This document shows, in pieces, positions 1 to 7,910 of a DNA stretch of 24,393 nt. Where the stretch lies: the IMG/VR virus record IMGVR_UViG_2740892232_000011. One strand, written 5' to 3'. This DNA is from a virus (taxonomy: Duplodnaviria > Heunggongvirae > Uroviricota > Caudoviricetes). The position numbers were made by a program, and so were the translations under genes. Each line of letters opens with the position of its first letter. The stretch's first letter is position 1. Under the pieces are notes generated by a model that saw nothing but the letters and a program-made list of their open reading frames with translations, was not told the DNA's origin and made no database searches.

Positions 1-804
1 GCCATGATGTTCACAGAGGTAGAAAACGCTTTCGGGGCTGTCCTTCTCCCATTTAAGGCCAAAAGGCGTGGACTCATCGCCAAATTTCAGATACTGCGCC
101 TCCCCACAGTGCGGGCAGGGCACATAAAAACGCATGAAATGCGCCGACTCGTTGGCCGCTTTTTCGATCTGGCAGGAGCCTTTTATTTTAGGCGTCGAGC
201 CGCGAATGGATTTTGGCCATACCGAGCCCTCAATACGCTTATCCCCCAGCAGGGTTGGCGAGCCCTCTTTTTCAACATCCGGCTCGAACGAGGAAAGTTC
301 GTCATAGCAGACCACGTCCACGGATTTTTCACGGTAGTTTTTGGCGGCAGCGCCGCCCAGGCACCAGAAGCCCACACCCGATGAAAAGCGTTTCAGCGTG
401 ATGGTATTATCACGATGTTTACGTCCCAGCCAGGGAGAAAGTTTTTTCAGGCAGGGAACATCGCGAATCGTCGCCTCCACGTGAGACTTCATAAAATCTT
501 CAGCGGCAGAATCCGTGGGCTGAAAAAGCAGACTGTTTCGGGATTTATGCTCAATAAAATACCCGGCGACTCCCAGCAACATCTTTGTATAGCCAACACG
601 GGCAGATTTAATCAGATTAACAGTCCGGATCTGATCATTCCCCATGCTGTTCATGATGGCGATCTGGAACGGCAGCGTTTTCCATTCTCCCTCACCATAT
701 GAAGATTCTTTAGGCAGATAATAATTTTGATCAGCCCATTCAACTGGCGTCACCGGCAATGCCCTTATCAGGGGCTGTAATGCTGTTGTGACAGCACTCA
801 TCAT
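1..804 (-). CDS. Terminase large subunit (lambda gpA-like), N-terminal ~267 aa; continues beyond window start
   Basis: Minus-strand translation from ATG at 802-804 reads MMSAVTTALQPLIRALPVTPVEWADQNYYLPKESSYGEGEWKTLPFQ...GSVWPKSIRGSTPK...CPHCGEAQYLKFGDESTPFGLKW, closely matching my recollection of lambda gpA N-terminus. Absent from the ORF track because it is open to position 1. Start lies 1 nt past the Nu1-like stop. Confidence 0.9.
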   Translation of the reverse strand, partial: MMSAVTTALQPLIRALPVTPVEWADQNYYLPKESSYGEGEWKTLPFQIAIMNSMGNDQIRTVNLIKSARVGYTKMLLGVAGYFIEHKSRNSLLFQPTDSAAEDFMKSHVEATIRDVPCLKKLSPWLGRKHRDNTITLKRFSSGVGFWCLGGAAAKNYREKSVDVVCYDELSSFEPDVEKEGSPTLLGDKRIEGSVWPKSIRGSTPKIKGSCQIEKAANESAHFMRFYVPCPHCGEAQYLKFGDESTPFGLKWEKDSPESVFYLCEHHG

Positions 805-805
805 A

Positions 806-1315
806 TTATTCAGTTGTTGCTCTGATATATTCATCGAGTAAATCCGGTAATTTATCCCCCGCCCGCGCACACTGATTTGCCCCCTTCGCAATAAGGGTTT
901 TCAGATGGTCAAGATGGCGCGGTGTTAAATCAGGAAACTGTCGCTGCATGGATAAAGGGATGGAATCAAGCGTACTGGATAACGCCATTGCCAGCTTGCT
1001 GAGGGCAAAAATACAGAACCCGGTGTCAATAAGTTTTCCTTTTGACACCTCATTTTTTAACTGCTGTGTAACAGCCTGTTCTGCTGTCAGTTCCCATCTG
1101 GCAATAAGCAATTTCTCCTCATAGTCGTCTTCGCTATCGCCATCAGGCACATCGTTTTTACTTCTTCTCAGATACGATATGTAAAAATCGCGCCAGGCAT
1201 CCAGATCCAGTTGCCCTCGCTTATTCGATATCGGGGCACCCGGCAATTTCTGCAATCTGCGAAGCTGGCGATCGGTCAGACTTAAATGCCTGGCAACTTC
1301 AGTCTGCGTAGCCAC
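806..1315 (-). CDS. Terminase small subunit (lambda Nu1-like)
   Basis: 169-aa ORF with GTG start preceded by AGGTGAGGA RBS. N-terminal HTH-like segment and C-terminal region (FCIFALSKLA...LPLSMQRQFPDLTPRHLDHL...LLDEYI) resemble lambda Nu1. Sits between cos and the large terminase gene. Confidence 0.85.
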   Translation of the reverse strand: MATQTEVARHLSLTDRQLRRLQKLPGAPISNKRGQLDLDAWRDFYISYLRRSKNDVPDGDSEDDYEEKLLIARWELTAEQAVTQQLKNEVSKGKLIDTGFCIFALSKLAMALSSTLDSIPLSMQRQFPDLTPRHLDHLKTLIAKGANQCARAGDKLPDLLDEYIRATTE

Positions 1316-1359
1316 TCCTCACCTCGCAAAAAACTCTCACCTCACAATCACAACAAAAC

Positions 1360-1520
1360 CGGTCATGTCCGGTTTTAGTGTCTATTTTTTGCGCATGTCC
1401 GGTTCATGGAAAGCATGTTTTTATATTTTTCATATGGTTAACTTGCAGAGAAACCGGACATGGATCCCGGAAAATTTTCATAAATAGTGAAAATCCGCGA
1501 GGTCGCCGCCCCGTAACCGG
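1360..1520 (-). other. cos site: cosN (1500-1511) plus cosB-like region with three CATGTCCGG repeats
   Basis: Minus strand reads GTTACG-GGGCGGCGACCT-CGCGGaTTTTCaCTATTTATGAAAATTTTCC, i.e. the lambda 12-nt cohesive end is exact and about 43 of the next 45 bp match the lambda left end as I recall it. Downstream the sequence diverges. Confidence 0.85.
1364..1462. repeat. Three 9-bp CATGTCCGG repeats between cosN and the Nu1-like start (candidate small-terminase R sites)
   Basis: Copies at 1364-1372 and 1394-1402 (direct, 30 bp apart) and 1454-1462 (inverted). Position and arrangement mirror lambda cosB R1/R2/R3. Confidence 0.6.
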
Positions 1521-1718
1521 TCGGATCGCCGGAAAGGACCCACGAAAATGATAATGATTATCATCTATATAAGGTTTATCACAACATGTGTGTACGCCAT
1601 CAAACCACGAGAAATAATCAATTATGACGCAGGTATCGTATTAATTGATCTGCATCAAATTAACGTAAAAGCAACTTCAGATAATACAAATCAGCAACAC
1701 TGAATATGGGGAAACATT

Positions 1719-1904
1719 ATGTCATCAAAGAACAGAACCCGCAGAACAACAACCCGCAACATCCGATTTCCAAACCAGATGATTGAACAAATTAACATCG
1801 CTCTTGATCTGAAAGGTTCAGGAAACTTTTCAGCGTGGGTTATTGAAGCCTGCAGAAGAAGGCTGTCAACAGAGAGTTCGGGTATGAATTACATAATTAA
1901 GTAA
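1719..1904 (+). CDS. Small ribbon-helix-helix-like protein (61 aa), possibly YlcI/DUF3950-like
   Basis: ATG with GGGGA RBS about 7 nt upstream. Motif IRFPNQMIEQINIALDLKGSGNFSAWVIEACRRRL looks like a beta-strand/helix RHH fold. Opposite strand to neighbours, near cos. Family name is from memory only. Confidence 0.45.
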   Translation: MSSKNRTRRTTTRNIRFPNQMIEQINIALDLKGSGNFSAWVIEACRRRLSTESSGMNYIIK

Positions 1905-2036
1905 CATGGTGTTCACAGAACACGCAGTTACCGGACACATCAGTTTTCCATTCGCTCCCCGGCAGTACAGGCTTCCCCTCTGACGGGATAGCCTGAAAAA
2001 ATAACACAGAAAATTATTTGTTATAATTAATATAAC

Positions 2037-2177
2037 TTACTCAAAAAAAAGCGACGAGAAAATCAGCATCAACGAACAATAAGCGCCAATACGTGATAAC
2101 AAATGGCAGCCATATTTATCTGCAGTATAAGCAATGGACAGGATAACCACACCAGAAACCGTCAGCATAAAATCCAT
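2037..2177 (-). CDS. Candidate 46-aa hydrophobic peptide
   Basis: Hand-translated MDFMLTVSGVVILSIAYTADKYGCHLLSRIGAYCSLMLIFSSLFFE with GGGGAAG RBS upstream; lies in an AT-rich spacer. Below the ORF-track size cutoff, so speculative. Confidence 0.25.
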   Translation of the reverse strand: MDFMLTVSGVVILSIAYTADKYGCHLLSRIGAYCSLMLIFSSLFFE

Positions 2178-2527
2178 TTGAACTTCCCCGGACAAAATCG
2201 ACTCATCTAAAGATTTACAGCTCTTTTTATTATCAATATGTTAAAAGTAAAATAAACAGATGTTCAATAACACGAATACAAAAACGTGCTGAAATTCAAT
2301 GAATCCATTTCTGTGTCATCAATTAATAGTGATAAACATCCGGTTTCTTCCACCATCGCACCGGACAGGCGACTATGAGGGGACAACGCCGCGCTCCGTT
2401 AACGCGGTAAACCCCGGTGTGTATCGTTTTTGATTATCCCCGCACACTCGCGCAGAGGAGTCTCCCTGTCGGGCTGCGGTCTCTGTTAATGAGGGAATAC
2501 AGCGACGATACGGCGCATCAACAAAAC

Positions 2528-2995
2528 TTATTTCAGGCACTGAGTACGGATATATTCCTGCGCCCCTTCCAGTTGCTTCTGCATCGTCATCAGCCGCTCT
2601 CTGAGGGTGAAATAATCCCGTGTAACGGTGTCTGCCAGTTGGGGGCCGGTTGCATTATCCACGCGGGCGGTGCCGGTGGCTTCACGCACGGGACCTGGAC
2701 AGGTGGCGTTGATACGCAGGCGCTTACGACCAGCGGCAACGTCAGCGCGAAGAGTTTCATTTTCAGCTTTCGCATCAGCTAACTCCTTCGTGTATTTTGC
2801 ATCGAGCGCAGCAACATCACGCTGACGCATCTGCATGTCAGTAATTGCCGCGTTCGCCAGCTTCAGTTCTCTGACATTTTTGTCGCGCTGGGCTTTGTAG
2901 GTAATGGCGTTATCACGGTAATGATTCAGCCCCAGACTAAGCGCACCACAGGCCACCAGCAGGGCAATGATGACCACGCACAGTACGCGGTTCAT
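2528..2995 (-). CDS. Rz inner-membrane spanin (i-spanin)
   Basis: 155 aa with N-terminal TM then [56 protein letters not shown]..., matching lambda Rz as I recall it. Contains the embedded Rz1 frame. Confidence 0.9.
   Translation of the reverse strand: MNRVLCVVIIALLVACGALSLGLNHYRDNAITYKAQRDKNVRELKLANAAITDMQMRQRDVAALDAKYTKELADAKAENETLRADVAAGRKRLRINATCPGPVREATGTARVDNATGPQLADTVTRDYFTLRERLMTMQKQLEGAQEYIRTQCLK
2590..2775 (-). CDS. Rz1 outer-membrane lipoprotein spanin (o-spanin), embedded in Rz in the +1 frame
   Basis: 61 aa; signal peptide with lipobox-like VVSAC, proline-rich [30 protein letters not shown] resembling lambda Rz1. Entirely inside Rz, as is classical. Confidence 0.85.
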   Translation of the reverse strand: MRKLKMKLFALTLPLVVSACVSTPPVQVPCVKPPAPPAWIMQPAPNWQTPLHGIISPSESG

Positions 2996-2996
2996 T

Positions 2997-3095
2997 TCAC
3001 CACCAGCGTATCTGACCGATGAAATAACCGGAGGCCATAATCACAAACACCAGCCAGATAAGAATGAACTTCCAGGTGGATAATTTTTCAGCCAT
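2997..3095 (-). CDS. Candidate 32-aa single-TM peptide between endolysin and Rz
   Basis: Hand-translated [32 protein letters not shown]; GGGAG RBS 9 nt upstream; stop 1 nt before the Rz ATG. Not known to me from canonical lysis cassettes. Confidence 0.3.
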   Translation of the reverse strand: MAEKLSTWKFILIWLVFVIMASGYFIGQIRWW

Positions 3096-3170
3096 CACTC
3101 GAATCTCCCGAATCAGTTTGCTAAAATCAAACACACTTTCTCCTTTGACTTTTCCGGAGTCAGGAAACAC

Positions 3171-3210
3171 AAAACCCCGCTTGGTGCCAACAAACGGGGT
3201 TTTTACTTTT
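3171..3210. terminator. Candidate bidirectional intrinsic terminator hairpin between endolysin and the small ORF/Rz
   Basis: AAAACCCCG-cTTGGtgCCAAcaaa-CGGGGTTTTTACTTTT: GC stem with an inner hairpin, T-run on the plus side and a T-rich tail (TTTTGTGTTTCC) on the minus side. Confidence 0.35.
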
Positions 3211-3293
3211 ATTCACTTACGTTTCGCCAGTTCGCAGGATTTCGTGTTATCCGCCCGCGTGGCCATGCCTTATTTTTCAGCAAAATATTCTGC

Positions 3294-3827
3294 TTATCTG
3301 TCGATTCCCCAGCACGCCAGCGCGCTCTCCTGGTCACGACGGGATACCTGACCATAACAGTTATTTGAGCGGACACGGCAGTCTCTGCCACCGTCCTTAA
3401 TCCACCAGCGAATCGCCTCACACGCTCCCCTGCGATCACCTGCATTAATTCGTTTATAAAACGTCGACGGGAAACACTTACCGGGACCAATGTTGTACGG
3501 ACAGAATGACGCGATCCCCGCTTTCTGGGGTTCACTCAATGGCACTCTGATGTTTTTCTCCACCCATGCCAGCGCCTTATCACGCTCAATGGCGTTAACC
3601 CGGTCGCATTTTTCCTTCGACAACTTCATGCCCGGAACGACAGGTTTGCCATCCACCAGGATGGCACCGCGGCAGATGGTCCAGATACCCGCGCCATCAC
3701 GGTATGCCGTGGTGTGGTTACCTTCCTTTTCATCCAGAAACTGGTCGAGAATGTCAGGCGCAGGCGCACCAGCGGCAATCAGCGCCAGAACGGCAGCCGA
3801 CAGGCCGTATCTGATTTTTGCGTTCAT
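3294..3827 (-). CDS. Endolysin, T4-lysozyme-type (GH24), probable SAR (signal-anchor-release) endolysin
   Basis: 177 aa. Hydrophobic Gly/Ala-rich N-terminus (YGLSAAVLALIAAGAPA) typical of SAR domains, then lysozyme-like core (TAYRD..GIWTICRG..). Paired with an S21-type pinholin upstream. Confidence 0.85.
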   Translation of the reverse strand: MNAKIRYGLSAAVLALIAAGAPAPDILDQFLDEKEGNHTTAYRDGAGIWTICRGAILVDGKPVVPGMKLSKEKCDRVNAIERDKALAWVEKNIRVPLSEPQKAGIASFCPYNIGPGKCFPSTFYKRINAGDRRGACEAIRWWIKDGGRDCRVRSNNCYGQVSRRDQESALACWGIDR

Positions 3828-3932
3828 GGATATTTATCAGGATTTATCGGTTTCTGAGCCCTAGATATGTTTATCAGTTCCAGCCTGTTGCCTCAGGCTG
3901 CTAACAGGTCAATACAATCATGAGGATTATTT

Positions 3933-4205
3933 ATGGACAATAACACCATTTCTCTACAGGAGTTGCTCGACAGCATTTCCAGGCTTCGGGAAGACGTGAA
4001 TACCCTTACCGTCGCCTTCTCATATCTGGCATTCTCAATTCCAAGGGAACAGATGCAATCAACGCTGGCATCAATCCAGTTTGAATCATGCAATCCCAAA
4101 TGGTCTCAGGAACAACAAGACTCTTTCAGGCGGCTTGCTGTATTACTGGATGAAAAATATGCTGGTAAAATTACCATTTCGGCGGACTCTTCAGAGAACC
4201 CGTAA
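3933..4205 (+). CDS. Hypothetical protein (90 aa) on the opposite strand inside the lysis cassette
   Basis: ATG with GAGGA RBS 6 nt upstream; non-repetitive, protein-like sequence (MDNNTISLQELLDSISRLREDVNTL...). Converges on the minus-strand YdfR-like gene with about 15 bp 3' overlap. No family recognised. Confidence 0.45.
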   Translation: MDNNTISLQELLDSISRLREDVNTLTVAFSYLAFSIPREQMQSTLASIQFESCNPKWSQEQQDSFRRLAVLLDEKYAGKITISADSSENP

Positions 4206-4727
4206 TTATTCCCGGTAGTTTTCCTCTGTAGGTTATCAACACATCCTGCGCCTCTAAAATTACGGGGCGCTTTTCCGGCGACTGCTCATCCCCTTCACAT
4301 AACCCGGCAGCAACATCCAGGAAGACCTGTCTGATGCTCCTTCTGGCTGCTGCCTCATAAAACTCCAGCGAGGCACCTTCAACACGGTCCAGCGAGATGT
4401 CCAGGTCAAAAATTTCACCGTCAAAGCGTTTTTTGTCCCGTAACGCTAAAGTTACCGTAACTTTATTCTCAAAATTGCGGNNNNNNNNNNTGACTGCTCA
4501 TCCCCTTCACATAACCCTGCAGCAACATCCAGGAAGACCTGTCTGATGCTCCTTCTGGCTGCTGCCTCATAAAACTCCAGCGCGGCACCTTCAACACGGT
4601 CCAGCGAGATGTCCAGGTCTAAAATTTCACCGTCAAAGCGTTTTTTGTCCCGTAACGCTAAAGTTACCGTAACTTTATTCTCAAAATTGCGGATCCCTTT
4701 CACAATCAGTTCATAGTTTTGAGTCAT
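4191..4727 (-). CDS. Small prophage protein between holin and endolysin (YdfR/DUF1327-like by position), interrupted by scaffold gap and duplicated sequence
   Basis: Starts 5 nt after the holin stop; reads MTQNYELIVKGIRNFENKVTVTLALRDKKRFDGEILDLDISLDRVEGAALEFYEAAARRSIRQVFLDVAAGLCEGDEQS up to the N run. The same frame in the left copy continues PEKRPVILEAQDVLITYRGKLPGIITVL to a stop at 4191-4193. True length about 107 aa once the duplicate is collapsed. Family assignment rests on recalled synteny in E. coli Qin (essQ-ydfR-rrrQ). Confidence 0.5.
4279..4698. repeat. Two near-identical ~200-bp copies flanking a 10-N gap (4481-4490): unmerged contig overlap or tandem duplication
   Basis: 4279-4480 and 4491-4698 align with three substitutions and one 1-nt indel (cccgttaacgc vs cccgtaacgc). 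N run marks a scaffold join. Confidence 0.9.
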
Positions 4728-4731
4728 TGAA

Positions 4732-4947
4732 TTACTCTCCCCGTGCAGCCTTACGACGGTCCTCTCTGATTTTGAAATACAGGTTAGTCAGATATGTCAG
4801 CAGCCCAAACAGCAGACTCCCCAGCACGCCTATTGCCGCCCACTGAGACGGGGAAACCCTGTCCAGCAACTGCAGGAACCAGTAGCCCGTTCCCACCGCT
4901 GACGTGGTGTATGACACACCTGTTGTGATTTTTTCCATCTGGTACAT
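4732..4947 (-). CDS. Class II pinholin (phage 21 S21-like) with dual-start motif
   Basis: [71 protein letters not shown]. Two in-frame ATGs 3 codons apart (4945-4947 and 4936-4938) give 71/68-aa products, matching the S21 antiholin/holin arrangement as I recall it. GGGAG RBS upstream. The track ORF extends further upstream to 5025. Confidence 0.85.
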   Translation of the reverse strand: MYQMEKITTGVSYTTSAVGTGYWFLQLLDRVSPSQWAAIGVLGSLLFGLLTYLTNLYFKIREDRRKAARGE

Positions 4948-5097
4948 ACCCCGTCTCCCGTTATCCGGAAGCTGACAACAATAAAAAAAGCCACCAGTTA
5001 AGTACTGATGGCTCTGATAACTCATGCAGGCATCTCAGACGACCCACTGACACTACCGGTGAGTTTAACGATACCTTCCATTTGGCTGGCTCACTTT

Positions 5098-6951
5098 TTA
5101 TGATGATGCCGGTGCATTTATCTCCAGCACCAGACTTTCTATCTCAACGCCATACGCTGCATTTTTGGTAATATCCGTCAGCGTCAGCGCATTCAGCCCC
5201 AGTGTCAGACTGTCTTTTATGACCTGGAATGCCGGGCCAGCCACTCCATTCAGTTTCGGAGTAACCGTGGCACTGCCGGCGGTGAACACCAGCTCCAGCG
5301 TCTGCCAGTCGTTACTGTAATTCCCGAACTCGCCCAACTTTGTGTTTCCTGCTTTCTTGTGATGCATCAGATTCAGTTTGCCGTCTGTGGTCTGGGTGAA
5401 GAACGACATCAGGAACGGGTTACCAGTCCCGGTCATCGCCACGACGTCAGGTAACGCTACATCGGTATACAGATAAATTCCCAGACCGAACTGGTTGTTG
5501 GTCAGTGCGCCTGACAGTCGAAACTTACAGCTCAGTCTGCCACCCCGTGTCAGCAGGGAGACTGCGTCATCCACCGGGCGCGTCAGGGACCAGGCTTTAT
5601 TGCTCTGCTTGGTGATCTTAAATACACCATCTGACAACTGAATTCCGCCATTCTTAATGCTCCAGCCCTGCGCAGCAGCGTCTCCGGCTGTCGGCAACAG
5701 GGAGATTGTGCGTATGGATGCATCTTCAGACGGCCCCGATGGCGTGTCGCCGCCGGGCGAGGGTTTGATTTCCGGTGCCTTACCACTAATGAAGGCTAAG
5801 GTGCGACCGGCTACGTTCAGAATAGCAGTTGCCATACGATCGGGAATAATGCCACGACGCGCCCATGAGCTGAAATGCGTCGGGCGATTTGATGATACCC
5901 AGTTTTTGTTCGTTCGGGATGCCGAACCGTAATAACCAGACCCGGCAATATCAGGATCTTCTGACGGGTTGTTTGTCGGTGTATTAACTCCGCTACCATC
6001 GGTCATAAAGGGAACAAAATAAATCTGCTGGGATTCTTTACCTTTATATGCACCATATACCACTTCATATTGCGTACCGTGTTCTTGTTTCCACGCGTAT
6101 GTCGTGTCGCCACAAATCCAGGGGACTGATGCCGGACTTCCACCGTGACACTGCGCCGCCAGCCCGGCAAGGTCAGCACGGAACTGCTGTACCATTGCAA
6201 GAAATGCTGCTGGCTGCTGGGCGTAACTGGCATTCGTCATATCGAATTCCCCCTGCATCCAGCATATCGCCAGCAAAACGTTTTTCGGGTTTTTCTGCAA
6301 TGCTGCCTTCGTGCGGAAAAGCAGATCCTGATATAACGGCTTACCCACTCCCCAGCGAGCCGAATCCTGACTGGCTCCCGTGGACTCGCTGAATGTCCCC
6401 TCCGTGCCCTGGGTGAATGCCGAACCACCACGACAGCATGGTACCAGCAGGATCCCCGCATTATTAGGGATATACGGAAGCAGTTTTTTGGCAATATGTA
6501 AGCCCTGTCCGACACAGCCGTACTGCCCTTTGCTCAGGTCAGCCCGGGGATGGTTAATCGTACTCATATCCTGAACATCATGCAGACAATGGTCAGCAGG
6601 AATGATGTCGTTAAATACGCATACTTCACCACCGGGAGTCACTGTGTTACGACGGGCCAGTTGCTTAATGCGCGGATGGGGCGCATCGTATGAATCCGGA
6701 AGCGGAAGCCCTTCACCGTAAGCCATGGCATTGGATTGCCCGGCCAGTACGATGACGTAGTACCACTCCGGCTCAGTTGCACCACTGACGACCACATCAC
6801 CTTCTGCTGCAATCGCCTGCATCAGGGTATAAGGGGTTATGGCCACCGGACTACCAAACGGCTGCCAGCCCTCCTTCAGTTTTTGTGTCAGTCGTTTCGC
6901 AAGGTCTGACGGCGATGCCGCCCTGACCACGTCATAGTGTTTAAATGCCAT
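5098..6951 (-). CDS. nanS: Prophage-type sialate O-acetylesterase (NanS-p-like), SGNH hydrolase with N-terminal DUF1737-like domain
   Basis: 617 aa; GQSN catalytic-serine block (VLAGQSNAMAYG) typical of SGNH esterases; ATG with GGGAGG RBS. Same position (between tRNA/toxin slot and holin) as the large esterase ORF of Stx phages. Assignment from memory of EHEC prophage annotation. Confidence 0.8.
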   Translation of the reverse strand: MAFKHYDVVRAASPSDLAKRLTQKLKEGWQPFGSPVAITPYTLMQAIAAEGDVVVSGATEPEWYYVIVLAGQSNAMAYGEGLPLPDSYDAPHPRIKQLARRNTVTPGGEVCVFNDIIPADHCLHDVQDMSTINHPRADLSKGQYGCVGQGLHIAKKLLPYIPNNAGILLVPCCRGGSAFTQGTEGTFSESTGASQDSARWGVGKPLYQDLLFRTKAALQKNPKNVLLAICWMQGEFDMTNASYAQQPAAFLAMVQQFRADLAGLAAQCHGGSPASVPWICGDTTYAWKQEHGTQYEVVYGAYKGKESQQIYFVPFMTDGSGVNTPTNNPSEDPDIAGSGYYGSASRTNKNWVSSNRPTHFSSWARRGIIPDRMATAILNVAGRTLAFISGKAPEIKPSPGGDTPSGPSEDASIRTISLLPTAGDAAAQGWSIKNGGIQLSDGVFKITKQSNKAWSLTRPVDDAVSLLTRGGRLSCKFRLSGALTNNQFGLGIYLYTDVALPDVVAMTGTGNPFLMSFFTQTTDGKLNLMHHKKAGNTKLGEFGNYSNDWQTLELVFTAGSATVTPKLNGVAGPAFQVIKDSLTLGLNALTLTDITKNAAYGVEIESLVLEINAPASS

Positions 6952-7144
6952 GAATCCTCCCGGGCGGGATAATGTTGTGAGTCAGATAAGGAGCAGGCTG
7001 AAGTCCGGAAGTTACAGGACAATGGCAGAAGGGAGACTACAGCCCGCAATTCGAAAAAGACCGCGCAGTTGCGCAGAGTGATTACTATGGGGTATTATTC
7101 GCCAGCTGAAATATTACTTCACGTTTTATTGTTTATTCCTTGCC

Positions 7145-7173
7145 GCCCGCGTCTCCCAGCGCGGGCTTTTTTT
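7145..7173 (+). terminator. Intrinsic terminator-like hairpin oriented for the plus strand
   Basis: GCCCGCG-tctccca-CGCGGGC followed by TTTTTTT. No plus-strand gene is annotated upstream, so the target transcript is unknown. Confidence 0.4.
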
Positions 7174-7179
7174 GTCCAT

Positions 7180-7885
7180 AAGAAAGCCCCTCCGGAGAGG
7201 GGCTAAAGCCGCGTATCTGTATCATCATGCACATGGTGCCGGGTGCCTCCCGGTGAGTTCAGCCCGGTGCCACTAAACCCGCGTCATTCTCGTTTTGATA
7301 ATCAGAGATTATACCGTCACCAGTCGCCCCTCCGCTCAGGGGGATTCACCATGCGAAATTTTTTTAACAAATGCCCAGTCTGACAGGCAACTGTCAACTT
7401 ACTGAATTGTGAGCAACATAGCATTTAACGGGGAACCTGTTTTCTGCAGTAAAAAGGCCCACCGGAGCGGATGGGCCTGGAAGGATAGCGGTCATGTGAT
7501 GCCGGTTTCCCGGTAACTCAGCACCGGTATCTGAGTCAACGTTTTCTCTACTGGGTCATTTCCGATACGCCCTGCCTGCTGACAGGCTTTCATCACATCT
7601 GAAAATATAGCACCCTGACTGATACTGTAGTACCTAAGGTTCCAGAAACTGTGATGTATCCGGCACAGAAAAGCCCCTCCGGAGAGGGGCTGGAGAGTGG
7701 CGCTATGTGCCATTGCATGGTGCCGGGTGCCTCCCGGTGAATTCAGTACCAGCACCTGAATCCGCGATTATCCCATATACCTACTCGCTGATTGCCCCTC
7801 CGCACAGGGGGATTCACCATGCCAGTTTCTTTTAACAAACTCCCCGCAAACCAGACAACAGTCAACCGCCTGAATTGTGAGACAT
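7180..7885. repeat. Two imperfect direct copies (~7180-7405 and ~7668-7885) of a ~220-bp modular noncoding unit between the tRNA cluster and nanS
   Basis: Shared blocks in the same order: AAAGCCCCTCCGGAGAGGGGCT (22/22), CATGGTGCCGGGTGCCTCCCGGTGA (25/25), GCCCCTCCGC..AGGGGGATTCACCATG, TTTTTAACAAA, CTGAATTGTGAG. Each copy ends (minus-strand sense) with a GC-rich hairpin plus T-rich tail. Confidence 0.75.
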
Positions 7886-7886
7886 T

Positions 7887-7910
7887 TAAAAAAAGCCCGC
7901 AAAAGCGAGC
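7887..7910 (-). terminator. Intrinsic terminator immediately after the tRNA cluster
   Basis: Minus strand: GGCTCGC-tttt-GCGGGC-TTTTTTT (6-bp stem with one G.U, T7 tail). Confidence 0.5.

Noticed and set aside
4-384. 126-aa plus-strand ORF (and 183-377 minus, 213-401 plus, 415-702 plus)
   Set aside because: These lie inside or antisense to the partial large-terminase gene, whose minus-strand translation matches lambda gpA. They are shadow frames.
2417-2825. Plus-strand ORFs overlapping Rz (2417-2782, 2628-2825)
   Set aside because: Antisense to Rz/Rz1, which have clear lambda-like sequence. Rz1 (2590-2775, minus) is kept because an embedded +1-frame lipoprotein is the known arrangement.
3064-3864. 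ORFs 3064-3351 (+), 3209-3535 (-) and 3490-3864 (+) around the endolysin gene
   Set aside because: They overlap the endolysin in other frames or strands, or span the hairpin region; no RBS support, and the endolysin assignment is strong.
3893-4099. 68-aa minus-strand ORF overlapping the 90-aa plus ORF
   Set aside because: Cys-rich irregular sequence with no RBS; the plus-strand ORF has a canonical RBS and more protein-like composition. It remains a possible alternative.
5583-6574. Seven short ORFs on both strands within the nanS region
   Set aside because: All nested in or antisense to the 617-aa esterase gene; Arg/Pro-rich shadow-frame composition.
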